DNA from: Gaiellales bacterium | GTDB taxonomy: Bacteria; Actinomycetota; Thermoleophilia; Gaiellales; Gaiellaceae | Assembly: GCA_040878265.1 (NCBI GenBank) | Contig: JBBDMP010000004.1 | Coordinates: 1-44,317 of the forward strand | DNA length: 44,317 bases | Direction: 5' to 3' | Part shown: in pieces, positions 29,520-36,991 of the stretch | Position numbering within the stretch: the stretch's first letter is position 1 | Layout of the letters: each line of letters starts with the position of its first letter | Position numbers and translations under genes: made by a program | The notes under the pieces: generated by a model | Told to the model about the DNA's origin: nothing | Database searches by the model: none | The model's input: the letters and a program-made list of their open reading frames with translations, nothing else

Positions 29520-30236
29520 GTGCAGCGGAAGCGTGAACTGATGCGATCCAAGGACCCGGGACGGGCAAGCGGCGTGGAGCCCCAGGAGCTTTCCGTTACG
29601 GTTCTCGCGGCCGACGACATCCGCGGCCGTCGCGCGGAGTCGATCCTCGCGGCGGGCGGTCTCCGCTCCAGGGGGCGGGCGGCGCGTCCGGAGGGTCTTC
29701 TCGACGACGAGCGCAGCTTGGAGATCCGGGCGATCGTCGTCGTCGCCGAGGAGTTCGATGCCGAAGTCGGGGGCTGGTTTCGCGCGCTGCGCCAAAGGCT
29801 TCCGGCCGCCGCGCTCGTCTGCGTCATTGGATCGCTCACGCCGCGCGTCGTCCGCGACGCGCTCGCGAGCGGGGCCGATGGCCTCCTCCTCGAGCAAGAC
29901 GCCGAGGCGGGTCTCGGCCCTGCCGTACGAGCGGCTTGCGCAGGCCAGATCACCCTTCCCCGCGAGCTCGGCCGGGATCTGGCCGCACCGAGGCTCTCCT
30001 CGCGCGAGAAGCAGGTCCTCGGCATGGTCGTCATGGGCTTTACGAACGGCGAGATCGCGCGAAAGCTGTACCTGGCGGAGAGTACCGTCAAGAGCCACCT
30101 CTCCTCCTCGTTCGCCAAGCTCGGCGTGCGTTCTCGCAACGAGGCGACCGCCCTCATCCTCGACCCAGAGCGTGGCCTCGGGACGGGTATCCTGGCCATC
30201 TCCGAAGGTGGGGAGCGCCTTGGGCCGGGCAGCTGA
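29520..30236 (+). CDS. LuxR-family transcriptional regulator with a degenerate receiver-like N-terminal domain
   Basis: The C-terminal part LSSREKQVLGMVVMGFTNGEIARKLYLAESTVKSHLSSSFAKLGV is a LuxR HTH. The N-terminal domain keeps LAADD. It lacks the h-h-M-D-L acceptor Asp (IVVVAEEFD) and has Glu where the conserved Lys sits (GLLLE). GTG 29520 or ATG 29541 may be the start. Confidence 0.8.
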   Translation: MQRKRELMRSKDPGRASGVEPQELSVTVLAADDIRGRRAESILAAGGLRSRGRAARPEGLLDDERSLEIRAIVVVAEEFDAEVGGWFRALRQRLPAAALVCVIGSLTPRVVRDALASGADGLLLEQDAEAGLGPAVRAACAGQITLPRELGRDLAAPRLSSREKQVLGMVVMGFTNGEIARKLYLAESTVKSHLSSSFAKLGVRSRNEATALILDPERGLGTGILAISEGGERLGPGS

Positions 30237-30276
30237 GCCGGCGTCGGCGATAATTCCAGGGGAGGTTTTCGTACGG

Positions 30277-30600
30277 ATGGAGGAAGCGACCGTGCCCGGA
30301 ACCGGCGACGAATCCCTTCTTGCCGCCACCGTGCGGGTGCCCGAGCACGTCGTTTACCGCGCGTTCGTCAAGGAGACTGTCGTTCTGAACCTGCAGACCG
30401 GCAAGTATCACGGCCTCAACCCGACCGGCGGCCGGATGCTCGAGGTTCTGACCAAGGCCGAGAACATCGGCGAGGCAACGGCCAAGCTCGCCTCGGAGTA
30501 CGGTCAGCGCCAGGGCGAGATCGAGCGTGATGTGTTGGCCTTGTGCAAGGACCTGATCGAGCGCGGGCTCATCGAGCTCCATTCCGGTGCCGACCGGTAG
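30277..30600 (+). CDS. PqqD-family protein (lasso B1 / RRE), module 2
   Basis: ATG 30277 (Met174 of track ORF 29758..30600) with GGGGAGG 10 nt upstream. VVLNLQTGKYHGLNPTGGRMLEVLTKAENIGEATAKLASEY...DVLALCKDLIERGLIE is a PqqD pattern. Confidence 0.85.
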   Translation: MEEATVPGTGDESLLAATVRVPEHVVYRAFVKETVVLNLQTGKYHGLNPTGGRMLEVLTKAENIGEATAKLASEYGQRQGEIERDVLALCKDLIERGLIELHSGADR

Positions 30601-31564
30601 GCAGGCCCGGCGCACGGGGCTCAAACGCGGCTACGCGTTCGGACTCGAGCTATCGGCCCGCGTGCCCATCCCAGTCGCAGCGGCGAACGGCCGCGGCAGC
30701 GGCAGGGCGACCACGTGGGAGCTCGTCACCGACGTCGAATTGGCGTCGACGTGGAACGCGAAGGAAGCCGTCTCGCTGCTCGACCGCAGGCACCTGAGCG
30801 GCCGCCCCATGCTCGCGATCGACCACCACGAGGCGCTCGGGTACCGCCTCGCGGCTCCCGGCTTCGGGCGCCACATCGTGTCCGGCGACGGCCAGACGGT
30901 CCGGTCTGTCCTCCCGAACGTGGCGCCGTGGCGCTGGCAGCGGCTGCTCTTCGCCCAGGTCCTTCCGCTGGCTGCGAATCTCCAAGGCCTGGAAGTGCTC
31001 CACGCTAGCGCGGTGGAACTGGACGGCCACGCGCACGCTTTCGTAGCACCGGCGGGCACGGGCAAGACGTCCGTCGCCGCCCACCTCATCGCGAGCGGCG
31101 CGTCTTTCGTCACCGACGACGCCCTCGCCGTCGAGACGACCGATGCCGCAGCGCTGGTGCATTCCGGCGCGGGCGTCACGAGCATCGATCGCAGCGAGCT
31201 TCGTGCGATGACCCGGGAAGGCCGCGAGCGGTTAGGTGAGATTCTCGGGCGGAGCGACTTCAAGGTCCAGGTCGCCGTCGAGCCGGTGCCGCAGGCGCTT
31301 CCGCTCGAGCGCGTCTTCTTCCTCGAGCGCGATGCATCGGCCGAACGGGTGGAGATCGAGGAACACCGGTCGCCCGATCCCGCCCTGCTGCTCTCCAGCA
31401 CGTTCATCTGGTATCTCCGCAGTCCGCAGCGCCTGCTTCGGCACCTCGACGCCTGCGCGCGACTCGCACGCACGGCCCGCGTCTTCCACGTTCGGATCCC
31501 GGCTTCCAGCCCGGCCCGCGCGGTCGCCTCCGAGATCGAGCACCACATTCGAGGGGATCGATGA
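30587..31564 (+). CDS. HPr-kinase-like P-loop protein (putative precursor Ser kinase), module 2
   Basis: LHASAVELDGHAHAFVAPAGTGKTSVAAHLIASGASFVTDDALAV matches the HPrK/P core and the module-1 paralogue. Overlaps the B1 stop by 14 nt. Confidence 0.75.
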   Translation: MPTGRQARRTGLKRGYAFGLELSARVPIPVAAANGRGSGRATTWELVTDVELASTWNAKEAVSLLDRRHLSGRPMLAIDHHEALGYRLAAPGFGRHIVSGDGQTVRSVLPNVAPWRWQRLLFAQVLPLAANLQGLEVLHASAVELDGHAHAFVAPAGTGKTSVAAHLIASGASFVTDDALAVETTDAAALVHSGAGVTSIDRSELRAMTREGRERLGEILGRSDFKVQVAVEPVPQALPLERVFFLERDASAERVEIEEHRSPDPALLLSSTFIWYLRSPQRLLRHLDACARLARTARVFHVRIPASSPARAVASEIEHHIRGDR

Positions 31565-32019
31565 ACCGTCCCACGGCGATCAGTCCCCCGTCGGCCGCCG
31601 CACGGGAGGCGTGGAGGCGACGCTTGCCCGCGTCGCGCAAGCTCGCCCTGGCGAGGGAGATCCTGGTGACGTACCCGCGTGTGCGGTGGTGGCTCCGGCA
31701 CAAGGAGCTCCCCGCGGTGATCGCGGCACTCCGCGCGGGTGATCGTCCGGCGGAACAGCCGAACGGCGACCAGATTCTGATGGGCATCCGGCTCGGCCGT
31801 GTCGTCCGGCGGACGCTCGGTGTGCTGCCCGCCGACTCGCGCTGCCTCGTGCGCTCGCTCGTCCTGACGTCGCTGCTCGCGCAGCGCGGCATCGACTCGA
31901 AGCTCGTGATCGGTGTGAAGGCGGAGCACAGCTTCGAGGCGCACGCTTGGGTCGAGTGCGCCGGAGTCCCCCTGTTGCCCCCCGGCGAGGAGGACTACGG
32001 GCGGCTCGTGGAGTTGTGA
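31561..32019 (+). CDS. Transglutaminase-like Cys protease (lasso B2), module 2
   Basis: ATGA overlap with the kinase gene. SRCLVRSLVLTSLL ... FEAHAWVECAGVPL provides the Cys/His core. Confidence 0.88.
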   Translation: MNRPTAISPPSAAAREAWRRRLPASRKLALAREILVTYPRVRWWLRHKELPAVIAALRAGDRPAEQPNGDQILMGIRLGRVVRRTLGVLPADSRCLVRSLVLTSLLAQRGIDSKLVIGVKAEHSFEAHAWVECAGVPLLPPGEEDYGRLVEL

Positions 32020-33947
32020 TGGCCGTCGGAACCGCCGTCTATCCCGTACTTGCAGGCGTCTTCGACCCGACGGCGACCTTCGACTTCGACGGGTCGCGCG
32101 CCGTGCTGGGCGGCGTTCTCGAGCGCGAAGGAGACGGCGACGCCGTCGCGGCGGGGCAACTCGCCGCCGTCCGTACGCCTGCACGGGGCCGCCGTACCTC
32201 GGACGAGCGGTTCCTTTGCCTGCTCGCCGGCCGCATCTACAACCTGGGCGAGCTCGCCGGGTCGAGTCGAGCCGAAGACCCCGAGGTGGTCCTGGCGAGA
32301 CTCTGGGGGGAGCGCGGAGACGCTTTCCTCGGACAGCTTTCGGGTTCGTTCGCGTTCGCGCTGTGGGACCGGGAGGAGCGGCGCGGCGTGATCGTGCAGG
32401 ATCAGGTCGCCGCCAGGTCGGTCTATTACTGCACGTCTGGATCTCGCCTCTTCTTCGCCTCCGACATCCGTCCGCTGCTCGCGGTGCTGCCGACACGCCC
32501 GGCCCCGGATACCGTCTCGGTCGTCCACTGGCTCGCCAACAGCCCGCCCCCGGGGCAGCGGACGATGTACGAGGGCATCGAGCGTCTCGGACCGGGCTAC
32601 ATGCTCGAGTTGCGCGACGGACGATGGGCACGACGTCGCTACTGGGAGCCGCGGTACCGGACGCCTGTCCGCCGTTCGCATGGCGAAGTGAGCGAGGAGC
32701 TCTGGACGGTCGTGTCCAAGGCGGTAGGTGCGCGGCTGGCCGCCGGCGGCTCGATCGGCATCGTCATGAGCGGCGGTGTCGACTCTTCGACCGTTGCGAC
32801 CGCGGCGATGGAGGCGCGCAACGGGCTTCCGGCGCCGCGCGGCTACTCGGCGGTCTTCCCGGACGAGCCGAAGATGGACGAGTCCCTCCGGATCCAGGCG
32901 CTCGCCGAGGGGATCGGCCTGCCGAGCACTCAGATGGAGGTCGAGCCCGGCGGCCTCGTGGCGCTCCTGCTCGAGTACGTCGCCCGCTGGGACCTTCCGC
33001 TGTCCGGGCCCGGCTATCTGCTCGAGCAACCGTTGCTCGCGCGCGCGGCTGCAGACGGGGTCGACGCTCTTCTCGACGGGCAGGGCGGCGACGAGGCGTT
33101 CGGCCACGCGCCCTACCTCCTGGCGGACCGGATCCGCCACGGCAGGCTGATCTCGAGCATCCGGCTGGCGCGCCGCTTCCCGCTCGTCTTCGAACGAACG
33201 CCGTGGAAGGTCTCGCTGCAGATCTGGAAGCTGTTCGGCCTGAAGGGAGCGGTCCCGTACGGGATCCACAACGCGGTTCGCGCGCGCCGCGGCGCGGAGC
33301 ACCACGCGCCGAAGCTGCTTACGGGGGAGAGCGGACGCCTCTATTTCGAGTCGGACGACCCCTGGGCCTGGAAGGCCGTGGAGAGCGGTCCGTTGTGGTG
33401 GCGCTACAAGCTGAGCACGCTGACGAAGATTCGCGAAGACGTGGGGCTCGGCGAGTACCTCCGGCACCGGGCGGCGATGGCCGGGCTGGAGGCGCGGCCG
33501 CCGCTGCTCGATCTCGACCTGGTGGAGTTCGCGCTCGGCGTCCCTCCCGCCCTCGAGTTCGATCAAGCCGCCGACCGGCCCCTGATCCGTGAGGGCATGC
33601 GCGGGCGCGCTCCCGACTATGTGAGGCTCTGGCGGGAGAAGAGCAACCTCGGGCCGTTCTACCACGAGACGCTCTCGGGCCATGATCTCGAAGTCATTCG
33701 CGACGTGCTCGGAGCGGAGGACGCCGAGATTCGCGCCTTCGTCCGTCCCGAGATCATTCGTGACCTCGTCGAGCAGGTCCCGCGGGTCGGAGAGCCCGGC
33801 TGGCTGAAGTGGGGGACGACGCTGTTCTGCCTATTCAGCGGCGAGTGCTGGCTTCGCCAGCAATCCGATCCCTCGTTCGCGCAGCGCCTGCGCGAGACGG
33901 CCGACCTCACGAGGCCTCGAGCTCGCGTGCACCACGCTCCGGTATGA
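32019..33947 (+). CDS. Asparagine-synthetase-like lasso cyclase (C), module 2
   Basis: ATG 32019 overlaps the B2 TGA (GTGATGG). PP-loop IVMSGGVDSSTVATAA is present, with no N-terminal Cys2. 642 aa. Confidence 0.88.
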   Translation: MAVGTAVYPVLAGVFDPTATFDFDGSRAVLGGVLEREGDGDAVAAGQLAAVRTPARGRRTSDERFLCLLAGRIYNLGELAGSSRAEDPEVVLARLWGERGDAFLGQLSGSFAFALWDREERRGVIVQDQVAARSVYYCTSGSRLFFASDIRPLLAVLPTRPAPDTVSVVHWLANSPPPGQRTMYEGIERLGPGYMLELRDGRWARRRYWEPRYRTPVRRSHGEVSEELWTVVSKAVGARLAAGGSIGIVMSGGVDSSTVATAAMEARNGLPAPRGYSAVFPDEPKMDESLRIQALAEGIGLPSTQMEVEPGGLVALLLEYVARWDLPLSGPGYLLEQPLLARAAADGVDALLDGQGGDEAFGHAPYLLADRIRHGRLISSIRLARRFPLVFERTPWKVSLQIWKLFGLKGAVPYGIHNAVRARRGAEHHAPKLLTGESGRLYFESDDPWAWKAVESGPLWWRYKLSTLTKIREDVGLGEYLRHRAAMAGLEARPPLLDLDLVEFALGVPPALEFDQAADRPLIREGMRGRAPDYVRLWREKSNLGPFYHETLSGHDLEVIRDVLGAEDAEIRAFVRPEIIRDLVEQVPRVGEPGWLKWGTTLFCLFSGECWLRQQSDPSFAQRLRETADLTRPRARVHHAPV

Positions 33948-33991
33948 GCCCTGAGGACATCCGACCTTTCTCGTACCGACCTTTTTCCGCC

Positions 33992-34020
33992 TTGTCTTCG
34001 CGCTGCACCGCGAGTAGCCT
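33992..34020 (+). promoter_or_regulatory. Candidate sigma-70-type promoter for the module-2 precursor
   Basis: TTGTCT (33992-33997), a 17-nt spacer, then TAGCCT (34015-34020, TANNNT form). It lies in the relatively AT-richer 107-nt gap after the cyclase gene, about 35 nt upstream of the precursor ATG. Confidence 0.35.
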
Positions 34021-34055
34021 CGATCGGGAAGGAAACTGCGACCAAGGAGACTTCG

Positions 34056-34208
34056 ATGGAAGAGCGCAAGGACGTAGCGCCCGCGTACGAGAAGCCGGAG
34101 GTCAAGGACTATGGCGATCTGCGCGAGCTGACTGCGACTCAGGCGACGGGGACGCAGACGGACGTGCCGAAGGGAACCCCGGTTCCGCCGTTCACGATCT
34201 TCTCGTAG
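34056..34208 (+). CDS. Lasso peptide precursor (50 aa; below the ORF-track cutoff), module 2
   Basis: Translated by hand from ATG 34056, which has AAGGAG 6 nt upstream. Sequence: MEERKDVAPAYEKPEVKDYGDLRELTA-TQATGTQTDVPKGTPVPPFTIFS. The leader matches Y-x2-P-x-L-x3-G-x5-T-x. The core has Asp at position 9 and a C-terminal Ser. A strong terminator follows. Confidence 0.85.
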   Translation: MEERKDVAPAYEKPEVKDYGDLRELTATQATGTQTDVPKGTPVPPFTIFS

Positions 34209-34230
34209 CCGTCGGTCGCCAAGCGATTCT

Positions 34231-34264
34231 CGAGACCCGGCCTGCGAGCCGGGTCTCGCGTTTT
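34231..34264 (+). terminator. Rho-independent terminator after the module-2 precursor
   Basis: 11-bp perfect stem CGAGACCCGGC/GCCGGGTCTCG with loop CTGCGA, followed by GCGTTTT. Confidence 0.8.
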
Positions 34265-34331
34265 CCGGCTCTACCAGTCTGTTCGTCTCGAGGTCATACT
34301 GGAAGGTAGGAGCTTTGGCTCCGAGTGCTCG

Positions 34332-35132
34332 ATGGGCGGCGACGACCTCACGTTGAAAGTCTGGCGGCTCCACCCGAACGGGTGCCGCATCATCCCGGCC
34401 GAGAGGACGCTCCAGGGCACGGCGAATCGAGATGCCCTCCGCTGGTGCGGCCCCTTCACGCATGCGAATGCAGCAGGCTGGTGGCTGTACCCCCCGGTCG
34501 ACGTCGACATCGTCTGGCGGGGTGGCCGCGAGTTCGAGCACACGCAGCTGTCGCCGTACGATGACGCCGACAGTCACCTCATCCGCTTCCTCGCAGAGGG
34601 AATGGATGGTGTGACACCCGGAGAGTGGCTGCCGCCGGGAGGCCGGACGAAGTTCAGCTGGGGCCTGGTCGAGGAGGGGGTCGTCCAGATCTGGACCGGC
34701 TGCATCTTCCAGATGCCACCCGGATGGGGGCTGCATCTGCGGAGTCCGATCAACTTTCCGCCCGCAGCGTTCCACGTAATGGAGGCGATCATCGAGGCGG
34801 ACTGGCTGCAGTACGACATCTGGCTGAACCTCGCGTTCGACCGGCCGAACGAACCGGTACAGATCCGGAGGGACGGCCCGCACCCGATCGCCCAGCTCGT
34901 GCCCGTCACGCCCTCGAGCTACGACCGAGCCTGGCAGCTCGACAGCGAGCTCGTGAATCGCAACACTCCGGAGGCCAGCCGCGTCTTCGAATACTTCGTC
35001 GAGTACAACCAGAAGAAGTTTGCGAGCGGCGGGAAGCAGCTGCGGTCGCTCGAGGACCCCGCGCAGCGCAAGGACTCGGCGACCTACCACCGTGAGCGCA
35101 AGCGCCGTCGAGCCGAGGTCCGGGGCGAGTGA
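34332..35132 (+). CDS. Uncharacterised protein, paralogue A (no family assigned with confidence)
   Basis: 266 aa with high GC3. Shares the blocks C-x-P-x3-AN-x-AGW-x-L...W-x-GG, PPGW-x-L...P-x-N-x-P and E-x-DW with the ORF at 36158..36991. Translationally coupled (GTGA) to the GNAT gene. Confidence 0.7.
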   Translation: MGGDDLTLKVWRLHPNGCRIIPAERTLQGTANRDALRWCGPFTHANAAGWWLYPPVDVDIVWRGGREFEHTQLSPYDDADSHLIRFLAEGMDGVTPGEWLPPGGRTKFSWGLVEEGVVQIWTGCIFQMPPGWGLHLRSPINFPPAAFHVMEAIIEADWLQYDIWLNLAFDRPNEPVQIRRDGPHPIAQLVPVTPSSYDRAWQLDSELVNRNTPEASRVFEYFVEYNQKKFASGGKQLRSLEDPAQRKDSATYHRERKRRRAEVRGE

Positions 35133-36148
35133 CGCCGATCCGGCCGGCACGCGACGAGGACGCGGCGAGCGTCGCCGCCCTCGTGAACGAGATCACCGCC
35201 GACTGGTTCGCCTGGGCGCCGATCACCGCGGATGACCTGCTCGACCGGTGGCGCTCACCTCGAGTCGACCGGCAGGACTTCGTCGTCGCCGAAGGCTCGA
35301 TCCTCGGCTATGCCTCGGTGACCGCGGCGGACCCGGGACGGACGCGCCTCTGGGCCGAGCTCCGGGCCATTTCCGGCGAGGACGAGAGCCGCGTCTCCGC
35401 GAGCCTCCTCGCCGCGATCGAGGCTCGGGCACGAGAGCTGGCCGCTCGGGCTGATCCGGGGGCGCGCGTCGTGCTCCGCACGCAGGTTGCCGAGGTGCAG
35501 GCGCAGCTGGGGCGGCTGCTCGCCGAAGCCGGTTACGCGGTCGTGCGCCACGCCGAAAACGCCGTCCGGTCGCTCGAGCCGCCGCCGCCCCCGCCCTCGT
35601 GGCCGCCGGGGATAACTCCTCGCCGCTTCCGGACGGGCGAGGAGCGGACGATCTGGGAGCTGGCGATGGACGCGCTCGCGAGCAGCTGGGACTTCGTGCG
35701 CGAGCCCTTTCCCTCCTGGCTAGCGTCGCAAGTCGAGAGCCCCGCTTTCGACCCGGAGCTCTGGTTTGTCGCCGAGCGCGACGGCGACATCGCCGGCGTT
35801 CTCTACTGCCGCAACCATCCGTCCGATCCGGAGGTCGCCTGGCTCGACGTCCTCGCCGTCCGCCCTGAATGGCGGCGACGGCGGCTCGGCACCGCGCTCA
35901 CGCAGGAGGCGCTACGCGAGTTCCATCGGCGGGGCAAACGCCGGGCCGGGGTCGGTATCGATCCCGACAACCCCACCGGAGTTGCCCGGTTGCTGGCAAA
36001 GCTCGACTTCGAGATCGTTCAGCGCTTCTCGACCTTCGAGAAGGAGCTCCGGCCCGGGCGGCCCGCAGCCCGGCTGCTCGGACGTTCCGCCCGAAACGCC
36101 GGGCAGGCCTGGCGGCGCCTCGTTTCGGGAGCGACCCGAGCGCACTAG
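35129..36148 (+). CDS. Tandem-GNAT N-acetyltransferase (MshD-like two-domain architecture)
   Basis: The C-terminal GNAT has acetyl-CoA motif A, LDVLAVRPEWRRRRLGTALTQEAL. The N-terminal half (IRPARDEDAASVAALVNEI...) is a second, more degenerate GNAT fold. 339 aa. Confidence 0.8.
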   Translation: MTPIRPARDEDAASVAALVNEITADWFAWAPITADDLLDRWRSPRVDRQDFVVAEGSILGYASVTAADPGRTRLWAELRAISGEDESRVSASLLAAIEARARELAARADPGARVVLRTQVAEVQAQLGRLLAEAGYAVVRHAENAVRSLEPPPPPPSWPPGITPRRFRTGEERTIWELAMDALASSWDFVREPFPSWLASQVESPAFDPELWFVAERDGDIAGVLYCRNHPSDPEVAWLDVLAVRPEWRRRRLGTALTQEALREFHRRGKRRAGVGIDPDNPTGVARLLAKLDFEIVQRFSTFEKELRPGRPAARLLGRSARNAGQAWRRLVSGATRAH

Positions 36149-36157
36149 ACTCGGACA

Positions 36158-36991
36158 ATGGCGCCGAACCGGAAGAAAAAGAGCCCCTCCCAGCCCGTTG
36201 CAGCGCCGCAGGAGGCCGAAACGCTCCAGCTCGTGGCCCTGCACGTCTCGCCTCCGCCCGAGGCGATCGTCGAGCCTGCTCCACGGTGGCGGGACTGGAT
36301 CAACGAGATGGACGAGCGCTGGGCGAACCGCTGCCTGCCCCTGCTCGTTGCGAACGAGGCCGGCTGGGTCCTGCGCACCCCGTACGCCTTCGAGGCGATC
36401 TGGGACGGCGGGGCGGCTGCGGAGGCCGTCGACGTCGTCTTCGACGACGCGTCCGTTCCGACCCCCAAGCCTGTCGAGAGCCATTTCGGCTACGGGATCC
36501 TCACCTGGGTCGTCCCCTACCTCTTCCGGACCCCGCCCGGCTGGAATCTGCTCGCCCGTGGCCCTGCCAACTGGCCCAAGGACGGCATCTGCGCGCTCGA
36601 GGGCCTCGTGGAGACCGACTGGTCGGTCGCGACGTTCACGATGAACTGGAAGCTGACGAGGCCGGGACACCCCGTTCGCTTCGAGGCGGGCGAGCCGTAC
36701 TGCATGATCGTCCCGCAGCGCCGCGGCAACCTCGAGCTCTTCCGCCCCGTCTACCGCGACTTCGAGCGAGAACCCGAGATGCGTAAGGGGACGAAGGCCT
36801 GGTCGGAAAGTCGCCACGATGCGCAGGTGCGGAAGTTCTTGGCCGCGTATTCGCGCGAGTACGAGGGCGAGCGGAGCTCGTGGGAGAGCCATTACTTCCG
36901 GGGTACGGCTCCCGACGGAACCGCCGCGCCCGCTCATCAGACGCACATCCGTCTCGCTCCCTTCGAGCGCGAGACGGAGGCGACCAGCTAG
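36158..36991 (+). CDS. Uncharacterised protein, paralogue B
   Basis: 277 aa, with the same conserved blocks as 34332..35132 (NRCLPLLVANEAGWVL...IWDGG; RTPPGWNLLARGPANWP; LVETDW). The stop overlaps the stop of the convergent methyltransferase gene by 4 nt (CTAG). Confidence 0.7.
   Translation: MAPNRKKKSPSQPVAAPQEAETLQLVALHVSPPPEAIVEPAPRWRDWINEMDERWANRCLPLLVANEAGWVLRTPYAFEAIWDGGAAAEAVDVVFDDASVPTPKPVESHFGYGILTWVVPYLFRTPPGWNLLARGPANWPKDGICALEGLVETDWSVATFTMNWKLTRPGHPVRFEAGEPYCMIVPQRRGNLELFRPVYRDFEREPEMRKGTKAWSESRHDAQVRKFLAAYSREYEGERSSWESHYFRGTAPDGTAAPAHQTHIRLAPFERETEATS

Noticed and set aside
28107-32631. 740-aa (28107-30329) and 666-aa (30631-32631) minus-strand ORFs across the lasso modules
   Set aside because: They are Arg/Pro/Ala-rich and antisense to five or more plus-strand genes that have clear family motifs and translational coupling.
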